A stretch of 64,000 bases of DNA from Mytilus californianus (Eukaryota), in the NCBI RefSeq assembly GCF_021869535.1, contig NW_026262604.1, positions 3,224,001 to 3,288,000 on the forward strand, read 5' to 3'. The notes under the pieces are model-generated. The model was not told the origin of the DNA and did not search any database. It worked only from the letters and a program-made list of their open reading frames with translations. Shown piece by piece: positions 24,547-37,139 of this stretch. How positions within the stretch are numbered: the first letter of the stretch is position 1; each line of letters starts with the position of its first letter. A program made the translations under genes and the position numbers.

Positions 24547-25259
24547 TTAACATGTTGGCATATTTTGTGTTCATTTAGCAGATTGTATAGGTCGAATGTG
24601 TTGCTTTGGGAGTTGTCTTGCCAGTTTAATTGTCTGAAAATTATAACAACGGCAAATAAGGAACTAAAGATTATTTGAAATTGTTTTGCAATCTCATCCT
24701 GTTATGAACAAAAAAAAATTTATAAAAAAATCTGAGACTTGCGCCTGCCCCCCCCCCCAAAAAAAAACAAAAAAAAACAACAACAACAACACAAAACAAT
24801 AAAGATAAAAAAATAACACAAAATCAAAAAACTTCCAAAGAGAGTTTAATTGGGACAAACCGTGTACCAACTCTAAATCATATAAAACTGAAAACAAGTA
24901 ATATCTTCTACGTTGCATCAATGGAAATTATTTTAGTATCTGTTAGATTGATAAAAGTGACCGACTATTTAAAATGATGATGTAGTTTTGATAAGGTTCA
25001 TGACCATAAGTTTAAACTTTTATATTCCGAAGGAACGTCGCTGAATATTTATACACATAGCAAATCCGAACAGACGCCACCTCATTATGTGCGGTAATGC
25101 CCAATGGGTAAGCAAGAACGTGGGGGGAAGGGGAGCTAACATTGTTTCGACACCAATTGAATGCTCAGTTTACTATGTTTATGTCCCTTTTGTTCATATA
25201 GCTCTTCCAGTGTTTAGGTCTTACACTTCCTCAGCACTTTACCCTATTATATCGATCCT

Positions 25260-25916
25260 CTGAAGATATTTTACCTTCTCAGAGGCTACCCTCATGAACT
25301 GCTTTGCAGCATCGCTCCAAATGGAAGGAACGGTAATCACAAAGAAGACATCATTGATAGTAAAGCCTAACTTTTTGTCGGTGAACAAAGATATCTTACC
25401 TTCTTATATATATAGAGAGGATACCCTCATGAACTGCTTTGCAGCGTCGCTCCAAATGCAGGAACGGTAATCACAAAGAAGACATAATTGATAGTAAAGC
25501 CTAACTTTTTGTCAGTGAACAAAGATTTCTTACCTTCTTATATATATATAGAGGCTACCCTCATGAACTGCTTTGCAGCGTCGCTCCAAATGCAGGAACG
25601 GTAATCACAAAGAAGACATAATTGATAGTAAAGTCTAACTTTTTGTCAGTGAACAAAGATTTCTTACCTTCTCAGGGGCTACCCTCATGAACTGCTTTGC
25701 AGCGTCGCTCCAAATGGCAGGAACGGTAATCACAAAGAAGACATAATTGATAGTAAAGCCTAACTTTTTGTCGGTGAACAAAATATCTTACCTTCTCAAA
25801 GGCTAACCTCATGAACTGCTTTGCAGCATAGCTCCAAGTGGCAGGAAAGGTAATCACAAAGTAGACGTCATTGGTAGTAATACCTAACTGTTTGTCGGTG
25901 AGCAAAGATAGCTTAC
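25260..25916 (-). repeat. Five tandem 124-134 bp copies of the 3' half of HSPA12 exon 2 including its splice donor
   Basis: Each unit encodes F/L-TDKKLGFTIN...FVITVPAIWSDAAKQFMRVASEK-like sequence followed by GTAAG/GTAAA. On the + strand the 'A' of the reverse-complemented GT is at 25790, 25666, 25532, 25398 and 25273; the true donor is at 25915. Confidence 0.9.
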
Positions 25917-26135
25917 CTTCTCAGAGGCCACCCTCATAAACTGCTTTGCAGCGTCGCTCCAAATGGCAGGAACGGTAATCACAAAGAAGACATCATTGAT
26001 AGTAAAGCCTAACTTTTTGTCGGTGAACATTTCAAGGAAATGATCTTTGAGAAACCTTATTGATTCAGTAAATACGTTGATAGCCGGCAATTCTTTTCCT
26101 GTTACGTCTTGGATCATCATTCCCAAAGAAATTTC
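25917..26135 (-). CDS. HSPA12: HSPA12-type Hsp70, copy A, exon 2
   Basis: Acceptor TTTTTTCCAG| at 26136, donor GAAG|GTAAGC at 25916; 219 nt, phase 0-0. Contains FVITVPAIWSDAAKQFMR, the HSPA12 signature. Confidence 0.9.
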
Positions 26136-26530
26136 CTGGAAAAAATTTATTTCATTTATTTGTGTAATAAATCGATTTAACCTCATATAGCATTTTATAG
26201 ACTCGTAAACGAATAATACCTTCTTCAATTGAATATTAAGAAGGTGTTGGCTACGATTAGGTGGAAAATAGAATAGTAACGAAAAATCATTGTTATGTCC
26301 GTAATTAATCGGTTCCCAATCCGATCTTGCATTCCGGCATTTAGTCTTAAACGTAAGGATAATTTTAAGTAATAGTGACGTTTTCAACGTAATAGTAGCA
26401 AGTACCTATTAGGAATAAATATTTACACCCAAATTTTCGGTAAGTGTTGCATTTTGTGAATATTCGATAAAGTGAACAATGCTTTTTTATGTGATATTTT
26501 AATCATTGTGGGTTCGCATGGCGGATGACG

Positions 26531-26726
26531 CATGCATAACAGAAGACGCTTACCCTGTCGACACTGCATAACAGAAGACGCTTACCCTGTCGACACTGCA
26601 TAACAGGAGACGCTTACCCTGTCGACACATCATAACAGGAGACGCTTACCCTGTCGACACTGCATAACAGGAGACGCTTACCCTGTCGACACATCATAAC
26701 AGGAGACGCTTACCCTGTCGACACAT
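26531..26726. repeat. 32-bp minisatellite, 6 copies
   Basis: GTCGAC anchors at 26557, 26589, 26621, 26653, 26685 and 26717. Unit ACTGCATAACAG(A/G)AGACGCTTACCCTGTCGAC. Confidence 0.95.
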
Positions 26727-26779
26727 CCAGTCTCTCTTCTTTTTGGTGTTAATGCGATTCCCCACGTTTTTGTTTGTTA

Positions 26780-26971
26780 GGGAGCTACCATTTGATTTTT
26801 AGGGGGGGGGGGGGCTAGGATGAAATTTGAAAACAGGGCAGGACAGGAGTTTTGAGTAAAAAAAAAGGCAGGATGACAATTTATGTAAAAAAAAAGTCAG
26901 GATAAACTAAAAAAAAAGGCAGGACAAAATTTTTCATCCTAGCCCCCTATAAAAATCAAATGGTAGCTCCC
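26780..26971. mobile_element. PIF/Harbinger-type MITE (short copy)
   Basis: GGGAGCTACCATTTGATTTT / AAAATCAAATGGTAGCTCCC TIRs; TTA on both flanks. Confidence 0.85.
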
Positions 26972-27352
26972 TTACCTTCATTCGTCTTTTAATTCGATTT
27001 ATGACATTTGAACATTGGTAAACTGGCTGCTGTCACAGTTGCTCATATTTGTGTACTCTGTAGAAACAAGAATATGTTTGTGCTACTTTTAAAATACAGA
27101 TGCGGATACATGATTTTAAGTTTTCTGCTTAATGGTTTTTTTTTTTTGTACTTTTGTGGGGTTTTTTTGGAAGGGGTTGCCATAGTAGTGTTAGTTTGTT
27201 TCGATTTATGATTTTGACTGGCTAATTGGTATCTCCTCTTCAAAGGCAAAAAAAATTTAATAGTGCAAACAAATAGAAAAATAGAAAAAAGCGAAAATAT
27301 TTAACGAATAGAGGGGAGCATCAGTATTAGGTATAATGAATAAAAGGTCCAG

Positions 27353-27468
27353 AAATGTAATAGAGAAAAATGGCCAATTCGATTAAAGAATACAGAAAGG
27401 AAGAAGACAAAAATGTAATAGAGAAAAATGGCCAATTCGATTAAAGAATACAGAAATGAAGAAGACAC
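27353..27468. repeat. 58-bp tandem duplication in HSPA12-A intron 1
   Basis: AAATGTAATAGAGAAAAATGGCCAATTCGATTAAAGAATACAGAAA.GAAGAAGACA starts at 27353 and again at 27411. Confidence 0.9.
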
Positions 27469-27506
27469 TCATACACATCCTCATATCAAATTAAATAATT
27501 ACATAC

Positions 27507-27836
27507 CCTATTATGCAACTGCATTTTGAAGTTTTTGACAAAATAATATTTGGCCGCTTTTTCTGGGTCATCGTCCAACAAGTCTGAGTAAGTATGTTGT
27601 GCTCGGTATCCAAAGCAGTTAAATGATTGGTCAGGATTGAGAAGCAATATAGATGGCGCTTTCATCTCTGAACTGTGAACTCCCTCTGCTGACCAATCAT
27701 TTGTGCTAATTTTAAGTGGGTTGGACTCAAAATCAGATCTGAAGGAAAAGGCATATCCTGAGAAAGTTGTTCCCAAGTCTATAGCAGCAACAACTAACCG
27801 ACTTCCTCTGCTTTCTGATGCTCTCCTTGTCGCCAT
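27507..27836 (-). CDS. HSPA12: HSPA12-type Hsp70, copy A, exon 1 (full protein 589 aa)
   Basis: VVAAIDLGTTFSGYAFSF (phosphate-1), KAPSILLLNPD, FGYRA, FKMQLH. Donor AGG|GTATGT at 27506; 5'UTR acceptor at 27852. CDS 330+219+139+1082 = 1770 nt. Confidence 0.9.
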
Positions 27837-30800
27837 TTTTTTTATTAATAACTACAAGAATAATTAACTCAGTTAAAATAAACTGTTTGAATCATATTAA
27901 AAAATTTCATTAAATTGATTGGTTGATTAGTGTTTGCCCTACGTTAAATAACAGATATTGTGCAATAAAATTGGTACCCAGTATATTTCATTAATATCAC
28001 CTTAATTTAAAACTTAAAAACTAAAACGACAAAAAAAAATGAGTCTACAAAATACATTACGGAAAACACTTAAAAAACAAAATTCACGAAAACCATCAAA
28101 GACCGGAAGTGATGTCATGAACTCTGGGAAGGGTAATCAGTTGCTGCTCCACTATTGGCGCCCGTAAACTTACTTAAAGTATATGAGATCACTAGGGCAG
28201 GGGCGGATCCAGAACCTTGATGTCTTGGGAGGGGGGGCACCATGAGACCAAAATTAAATATTTAATTAGAGATGTATATATGCGAGTGTGGGTGGTAAGG
28301 GTGGTGGTGGTGGTGGTGGTGTGTGTGTGGGAGGGGGTCAAATCATCGTTTCTATAGTTCTATATCTTTTCATGATTTTTTTACCATTTCACTCTATTCT
28401 TTATTTTTCTGCCAATTGATCTGTATTGTAATTGTCCTAAGCATGCATGTAATATTTGCCACTGCACGTTTAGCAACAAACAATCACCTCTTTATTCTGT
28501 TATTTATATTTATTCATATTTATTGGTCCCATTATTCTCTTTTCTATAAACCCATCAGAGACATATATTATATGTCTCTGATCCCATTCATATCCTCATA
28601 AATGGTGACCCATTCCTAGACTCATACATGTATGTACATGGTAATTGAAACAGGAAAAATAAAAATATACGTATTAGTTCCAGATTATGTTTTTAACATA
28701 CAATTGCGTTTTATTAATGATTATATATTAGACAGTGACAACAAAATTCTTTTTTGTGGAAAGGGGGGGGCATTTTTTTTAAAACAAATTATTGGTTTCC
28801 TTTGAAAATAGGAGTGAAAAGAAAATACGACATTTCAAATAGTTTAAAAAAAGTCTTGTTTGAAAAAAAAGTTTGTTGTTGAATAAAGTCACACCAGATG
28901 ACAGTTTGGAAAAAGAAAAAATTACAAAAATGGTAATGTGAGAATTTTGTTATGAAGACATATCCCATATATCGATACTAATATTCTTGGCACTAAACAT
29001 ATATTTGTACATATTTGTTTAAAACACAGATTTTGGTTAGTAATTTCTTTCCCGATCAGAAGATTTCACCTGTTAATCGATCTTAATCTATGATATTGTA
29101 TTTAAAACCAATAAAAATATTCGTACTTTTCCAATCAACATGTACATGTATATAGTTTACATCAAATCTTTTAAAAAGAGACATTACACACAGGTGTCAA
29201 TATTTACACAACCTCCGATAAGTTGTCATAAATCACGCATGTAACGCCATGTTGAAGCTGGGGTTAATTAACGGCCAGCGAAGAAGTCAAATCAAGCTGT
29301 GATTAATTTCCGCTCTAGATAAGCAGATTCAGTAGCAATGAAATTATTTTAGAATTTTTTTTGGTGACCTGGACTGGGGGGGGGGGGGGCACGTGCCCTC
29401 TATGCCCCCCGGTAAATCCGCCACTGTAGGGTGCTGTTATCTAGTACCAAAAAGTGTGCAAACGTTGACTGATAATCTGTCACAATTCTTTTTTTTTTCA
29501 ATAATACGCATGTGAATGTCTATTATACAACTCAATATTATATAATAATATATGAACACTCAAGATATTCAGGAAAATGGTGAAATTGTCCTTCAAAATG
29601 CAACAACAAAAACTACTAAGTATTATGTACACATGTCAGAATATGGAACATCGGACTCAAACAAATATACCGTACAATCTCATAAAATCTAGGAGTACGT
29701 TTCCTGTTACTCCTCCTCCCCTAACACAACTTCAGCACCACAAATATTTACAAATACCTGAGACAAAAACAAACGGTTGTTAACCCCACCCTCAAAAATT
29801 ATTGGACGATTGCCCGAATCCGATTTTAAATGAATAAATAAAAAAATGATTACCTCTTCTCACAGCTAACCTGCAGATACACAATTTAGTTCATGGTCAA
29901 TTGTGTGTCATTCTCTTCAAACGTAAAAATAAAACTGTTGTATCCATTACATGACCTTCTCATTAATTAACTTCCTTGTTAGCACTAAAATAGAAAATTT
30001 TCCAAGGGAGAGAATGGGGTTTCCAATCGGTTATTTATAGTTGGTATATTTTCCTTGTATTATTATATTTAATTTGTCGAGAATTACGTTTCCATTGTGC
30101 ACTTGTTTTTCTTAAATATGAAAAAAAGTGATATTTTATTGCCTGTTATAATCACAAAAGTACCACAAAAAAACTGCGGGTGATAAAGTATCAGCATTGG
30201 TATTATTAAATATAAAAAAAAATAAGGCATGGATCCAGGGGGGAGGGGGGGGGGGGGGGGGTTCAAACCCCGGAAAACCATGAAACGTTCACATAATTTA
30301 TAAAAAAAACAAAACAAACAAACAAACAAACAAAAACGAAAAAATCGAAATATAGGGGGGGGGGGGGGGGGGGGGTTCCAACCCCCGGAACACCTGCCCC
30401 TGGATCCGCCAATGAAAATGGTATGTTTAATTCAAGTTAAAATTTTAAATTCATTTGCATGTATATTTAGGTACAGGTTATTAACTATGAAGTTGTTGTC
30501 GTTAAAAAATGTTGCATTATGAAGCACAGACTGGTTTGTGACATAAAAATAAAATATTTTTCATTAAAACTTTTTTTGTGATAAAATTTGCAAGCTATTT
30601 CAGTCAGTGTATGCATCAATTTATGAATTAACTGGTTGTAGAGGCGGATTTAGGAGATTTATATATAATAAACGCATAGACTTTTTACAGTATCACGCCA
30701 AACGTTGGCTTTCCGGAGTCCCCCCCCCCCCCTTTTTAAAAATCCCTGATCCGTACCTGGGTTGTATACTTATAGTTATCTAACCTCATGATCAAAAGCA

Positions 30801-32143
30801 TTGAGGTTTTGCGTCCTGTGTAAAGTATAAATAAATTCAATCTTTAACTACTTCTCAAATTAAGAATCATTGTTTAATGAAATATTTTTAAAATTATAGA
30901 TATTGCAGCAAAACCTCGATAAGAACAAATTATAGTCAATAAAGGCTACATTAATGAAAACAGAATGAACCAATACGGTTGCCTTTAATTGCTTACATAC
31001 GCTTCATTTGAGCTTTGGTGGATAGTTGTCTCATTGGCAATCATACCAAATCTCCTTTTTTTATATTGACCAATATGGATGTATTACATTTAAAATCCAC
31101 AACGAAAAATAAAGAAATTCGATTGAATATTATAAAGTCTCTAATTAGTTATTATATAATTTCAACTATTAGTTTTGATAATAAATATTTTTCAATGAAA
31201 TCTGGGTGATGGGTTAAAATGTTTATTATTTTTTAGAGGAAACTTAACAAAAACTCAAAAATTATTTCTACCTTTGTAATTATACAGGAAGTTAAATCGT
31301 GACATTGTACAGTATAAAATAAACTCTTGTCTAGCGGAAACGCTGTTAATTTTGACAATTAATGATCTAATCTCCCTTAAAATAAGGTAAAAAAGTCCCT
31401 ATAAAATAGAAAATGGATGACAAACTTTTACATTTACACATCGCCCTTCATTTTAAACAAGTGGTGAATTTTGAAACAGGAAAACTTGTATACTCTAGGA
31501 TGTAAAACGATTTACCGACGTGAAAACGACGCAAAATTATTCGAAATTGTGTCTACTTCAGATCTTTAAAATTCTTTCAAAACAAAGAAAGATTGTGAAA
31601 TTAAACTACTAGAAATTCACAATACTAGTATATGAAAATAGCTAATGACAATATTATAAGCAGAACATTTTTCAATTTTTAAAGTTCGATAACTATATGT
31701 ACACCTTATTTCAAGTGATGAAACCTTGTCTCGTGGTAGCGTGATCACTTTAGCTTCGGATAAGATAAGAGCTAGCAATATAGTCTCGGATAAGAGCTAG
31801 CAGTAAAGCTTCGAATAAGAGCTACTTACAATCTTTAGAAAATTGAATTTGATAAAAATTGAAAAATTCTAGAGGAAGATAACTATTTCGATGAGAATAT
31901 GAAGTTTGGGCAATTCATGATTTAAGTTAAAACAATGAGTGTAGAATTTACTGATACTGTCTATTGGTTATTTGATTGCCTTTTCATCAATATAACCTTT
32001 AAATCAAAACAAGATATTAGCATACTATATGCCGACTCGCTGGGTAACATTCTATAGGATAACAGTCCTCATGCAGACCTTACATTTAGGTTCCCAATAG
32101 ATAGTCTAGTTCACGCTCTTCGTGGTTTTATATTTTGTTGTAG

Positions 32144-32633
32144 TGTCACATTGGAAAAATGGACAAAATTGATTTTGAGATTTTTCGGATATTTTGTAAA
32201 AGATTTTGTAAAATCACTGTTTTTGTTATATTTGTAATATTTCACTAAGGGATTTTTAATATTTCACTAAGGGATTTTGTTATTTTTATTGTGAAAGGTT
32301 TAAGTCAAGTTTAGAAGATTAAGCTAATCTAATTTCATGTTTTAATTTGTTTTTCAATTAGCGTCATTTTTGCTTTGTTATATAAACTGTGTTATTATTT
32401 TGATGTGGCAGATTGTATTTAGTATTACACTGAGCAGTTCCAACTCTGTACAATTGTATTCCATGCTGAACTTATTAAATTATACATCGCTCTAACCAGA
32501 GTCGTCTTTTGTTGCAAGAGTTAGTCCCAGAGTCAGAGGCGGTACAGACTAGTCGTATTGTTTATTGTGTGTGTGTGGTTCCAGGCCAACACATTACCCA
32601 GTCACAAGATACACCCAGTTTCTATTTGTGACA
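32144..32633. mobile_element. Solo LTR (or Ginger-like element) with 4-bp TSD
   Basis: GTAG|TGTCACA ... TGTGACA|GTAG; 490 bp; internal ATTAAA near 32474. Confidence 0.7.
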
Positions 32634-32707
32634 GTAGTACTCTTTAGAAAACGCATTCACGGCTTTAGGGAAGTCTTTTTTAAAATTCAGTATTTTAGTG
32701 CCATTAA

Positions 32708-32981
32708 GGTGGTACCTAACACTACAGGGAGATAACTCTGTAAAAATCAGCTAAACGTTTTAATCACGTTGTTTTGTTAAAGAAATATTACGCTTCTCAA
32801 TGATCAGAATTAGTGTTTGTCAAACTGCTATATAACCAACGAAATTTTTCTGATAAAGTGGTTGGTTCAAAGTTTTTGAAATTTTTATATTTTTGTCAAA
32901 GGGTCAAAGTAAACATTTTGTCAAAATTTTATGAAAATTAAACGAGCCAAATTAATTTTAGTCAAAGTGTTGGGTACCACC
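32708..32981. mobile_element. TTAA-target MITE (Kolobok/piggyBac-like)
   Basis: TTAA|GGTGGTACC ... GGTACCACC|TTAA. Confidence 0.8.
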
Positions 32982-35900
32982 TTAACACTATAATTAGGTT
33001 TTTGATAACCAAACAAACAAAGATAATAAACTGATGTTCAGTGGTTGTCGTTTGTTGATGTGGTTCATAAGTGTTTCTCGTTTCTCGTTTTTTATATAGA
33101 TTAGACCGTTGGTTTTCCCGTTTGAATGGTTCTACACTAGTAATTTTTGAGGCCCTTTATAGCTTGCTGTTCGGTGTGAGCCAAGGCTCCGTGTTGAAGA
33201 CCGTACTTTGACCTATAATGGTTTACTTTTATAAATTTTGACTTGGATGGAGAGTTGTCTCATTGGCACTCATACCAAATCTTCTTATATCTATTTACGC
33301 ACAGTGTATATTTTCATGTGGTTGCGATTTTAATCATTGTTTAGTGATGCTGGCATTGCTATGGTTATATGTTTCGTTTATTTACATTTTGAATACATTC
33401 AGGTTGGGATCTATTCATGTGGCTGTGTATAAATGCTATTTTCAAAACAAAGGGTTTGACATTAAAAATGTCCTATATTTAAATGCGAATTGTAGTTAAG
33501 CAGAGATACATAAGTACAAGTGTTATTCAAAGTCGATACATGATATAACAAAGTAACATAAGCTTTGAAGAGCTCTCAACCGACACAACACACACGGACA
33601 AGACTGTAATTGATATAAATTACACATCATATATTTTGTATATCTATTAAAGTACAGAAACTAATTTGTCGGTTTTCAGGAAAACGCGTGGGTCAACTTG
33701 ATAGAGATAAAGTTTAGATTGTGCAGGTTCAAATATATTTACTGGTAAATTTGACATACGAAAACTAAAGAATGTAAAGACTGAAGATATGTATCATTGC
33801 TCATTCCGAGATGAATATGAATGTTCTGGCCAACAAAAAACAGGAAAAAAAATGTTGATTTTCAAGCCCTATAAAATAAAATGATCGCCCCTTAATACCT
33901 AATGCATTTTTCATGCTCGAACTTGCGCTGGTTACTTTCTTGTATACACATAAAGGCCAACAATGTTGAAAACAGCATGTCATTGAATAAATATCCCCAA
34001 TGGCGACTGAATGGAATCACTTTCAATTGTCTTCTTCCGACCAGCAGTAAAATCTTGCCAACGTGGGCGTCCGTTTGGCTGTGCGGGATGTACAAGTATA
34101 CAGCCACGTCAAATCATAATGAAGACGTTGAATCCGATGCCTCGTGTAACGGGAGTGACACACGCTCTGCACGTTAAGAACCTTTTCAGCAACTCTTTGA
34201 GGGTTCCGTGGGTGGCCTGTTGCAAGGCAAAATATATGTCCCTATCCAATATACCCTCATTTTCAAGTGTCAGTCCAAATTTCCCCGACCTTTATGATTA
34301 CAGGGCCTACTATTGTTAATTTATGGTAATTTAATTGTTATCGTCCTAAACATGCATGAAATATTTACCAATGGACGTTAAGCAACCAACAATCATTCAT
34401 TGAATAATACACTCAGATCGCTATTATGCTAAATTTGTTTAATGTTTAAACTATGTAATAAACAAATTTTAAACACCAACTTGAAGAATGAATGAAAAAG
34501 AAATGTATGAAGTATAATAATGCGATAATATAAAATATTAGAAAATAAATATCAACAAGAAAGAAAATAATCAGAGAAAAATATTATCTCCCTTGGAAGG
34601 TTTAAATAGATAATCTTTGGGGAATTAAATTTCAAAATGGATGTATAAGGTTATAAAATATTTGTATTTTCTTAGAATATAAACTTTATTTCTTATACTT
34701 CATCAGTTTAATTCCCTCAGCGTTTTATTTTATGAGAAGAGACACTAATATGGAAAAGGTACGGAGAAAATGAAAGGTAAAGTTTATATAATATCAATCA
34801 TTTGACATTTTTACCGTTCATCTTTTGGTTTTACTTCAGGATGAATCGGAAGAAAAACTTCCAGTAACGTATGAAAACAACCATTGCTATGTCTGCTATT
34901 CTCTGACACAATAACTTATTTCATGAAATCCAACATGAACATTCAGAGAAAAAAATATACAAAGCCCAAAAAATGAAGATTACATTTCATATATTAGTAA
35001 TATATTTGTGTGCCTTTTGTATTTATTTTATATTTGACATGCATGACCATGCATTATGCATAATATCTGCATTAAAATGGAGTTACCTATAATTGCTTAC
35101 ATCCTCTTCATTTGAACTTTGATGGATAATTGTCTCATTGGCAATCATACCACATCTCCGTATCTTTATTTTCAATGAATTATACAGATATAAAAGTCTG
35201 AAGTATTTCAAGTATCTATTTCCTTTTTATTAAAAAAGAAATCCAGACGTTAATTAAACCAAAAAACATTTGCTTATAAGAGGTGAACGTTATTTACTTG
35301 TTATTCTTACTTGATACTGTGCCAAAAAAAAAGTTTATCGATTTTAATTTACTTATAATGTAAGTATAAGAGGGAACTAGTGAAGAACAGTCATTTTAAA
35401 TCGATTGAAAAGATGCATTGACATTTTTTTTCTTCTTCAATAATTGAATTAACAACAGGTATTTTTATTATATTAATTTTTGTAGTGATGTCTTATGAGG
35501 GTTTTTTTAAGCAATCTGTATAAGATGTAATTGCGTACAAATTATACAGTCTGTCTGTTTTTTCACCATTATGTTAAGAGGTTCACAAAATATTGATTAC
35601 TTGTACAAAAGTTCTGTGCAGATTATAATTTCTAAAATTATAGATTTTATATATACGAGTGATATATAAATTGATTCTTGTATCGATCCTTATTGATCCT
35701 GTTGAATTCTCACGTCACCAAGTGTCTTTTGGTTTCGTTTGATTTTATGAGATTGATAAATAATTTGACCCCTGTTTCGTTCCTCTTTGATTGCGCCTTT
35801 GATAACCATCACCCATTTAAAAAGTAAATAATATATTTTAAACTTGTGGTTGTAAAATTTTATGGAACACAGAATAAATGGTTATTTGATTATTCGATTT

Positions 35901-36822
35901 AAATAGTAAAGAATTCAGTTATATCTTAATTATTATACATAGTGGGGAAAATCTATTTCAAAATATAATTGTTAAGTTAGATATATAATCATTTTGTTTT
36001 CTTTCCATCAGCCTTTTTTCAAACTTTTAAAACATGCAGCCTTGAGACAATCATTGGAAAGTTTTTAAATTCTTGATTTTTGTATCATATTTTTCTTGCA
36101 GTTAAAGTTTCAGTTTTCTTCACATATATTTCACACGAAAAATCAACAGAAATTGTTTTCCGCCATTGTCGTTTCTTGTTTATATCTAAACAACAAGCTT
36201 GCAGAGATGTTTATTTTATATATTGGAGTACACTTCCATATTCCATAATTCCATATGTTCATTTATTTTTGCTGGGTGTTTGTCACTAGTGTCAATCTAA
36301 TTTGTCAAGCCTTTGTCACTTTTTGTTTAATTTGTTCTTATGTTTAATATCGCTACATTCGTTATGTGCCTGTCCAGTGGTTGTCGTTAGTTGCTGTCTT
36401 TCATAATTGTTTTGGGTTTTGCCTTTTGAGTTCTTAAACATTTTGTCATCCCTGGGACTGTTAAAGTTTACTGTGCAGTATTATTTTGCTAATTGTTAAA
36501 GGTCCCACAGTGACCTGCTTGTCCTTTGGTTTGTTTTTTTTGGGGGGCGAAAAGTTGTCTCGTTGGCACAGTCCCTTATCTAATGAATTTATTTTGTAAA
36601 AAATGTTGACATATCCAGCATTATATACACCGAGAAGGAGCAAACAGAATACTGCCATCATTAAAAGAAACATTGACAATAGGAAAGAAAAAGTTTTATC
36701 ATAAATTTTGGTATGAAAATTATTATTCTTATATCCATGTCTAAAAACGGGATATGTTGTCATTTATTTTTGATTATTCAGAATGAGTTGAGGATGTTAA
36801 TTTCATTTAGTATTATCGGGAT

Positions 36823-36905
36823 TGTTTATCGAGAGTATATCGTTGTTTATCGAGAGTATATCGTTGTTTATCGAGAGTATATCGTTGTTTATCGAGAGTA
36901 TATCG
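36823..36905. repeat. 21-bp minisatellite, about 4 copies
   Basis: Unit TGTTTATCGAGAGTATATCGT, immediately followed by a candidate donor G|GTAAGA at 36906. Confidence 0.9.
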
Positions 36906-37139
36906 GTAAGATTTTCAGGTGTTGCTTAAATATATATCAAGTGTTGTTCGTTTGAGTCTTTATGGATTTTGTCGTTTACTGTGAACTCATGCAATTAGAG
37001 GGGACAGTTGAAGAGCTCATCGGAATACGATCATTTTGCGGTACACTTTTCCCCTGGAATGAACATTAATATTATTTTGCAAAATAGTTCTTTTGAAATC
37101 ATTTGTTTTCATTTTTTATTTTACTTAAGGTTTATAAGA

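Noticed and set aside
26136-26387. N-terminal extensions of HSPA12 ORFs in the track (also 19965-19989, 37008-37139, 38491-38601)
   Set aside because: Intronic or UTR read-through; clear splice sites and the paralogue alignment delimit the true exons.
26531-26726. CRISPR-like array of 32-bp repeats
   Set aside because: The units are contiguous with no unique spacers, the context is a eukaryotic intron, and there are no cas genes.
33892-34319. Overlapping ORFs in a GC-richer patch
   Set aside because: The region is homologous to the repeat at 8370-8730, and the reading frames are not conserved between the two copies.
27850-37130. Heat-shock elements between the Hsp70-family genes
   Set aside because: I did not see a three-unit nGAAn inverted array by eye. 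The scan was not exhaustive, so absence is not established.
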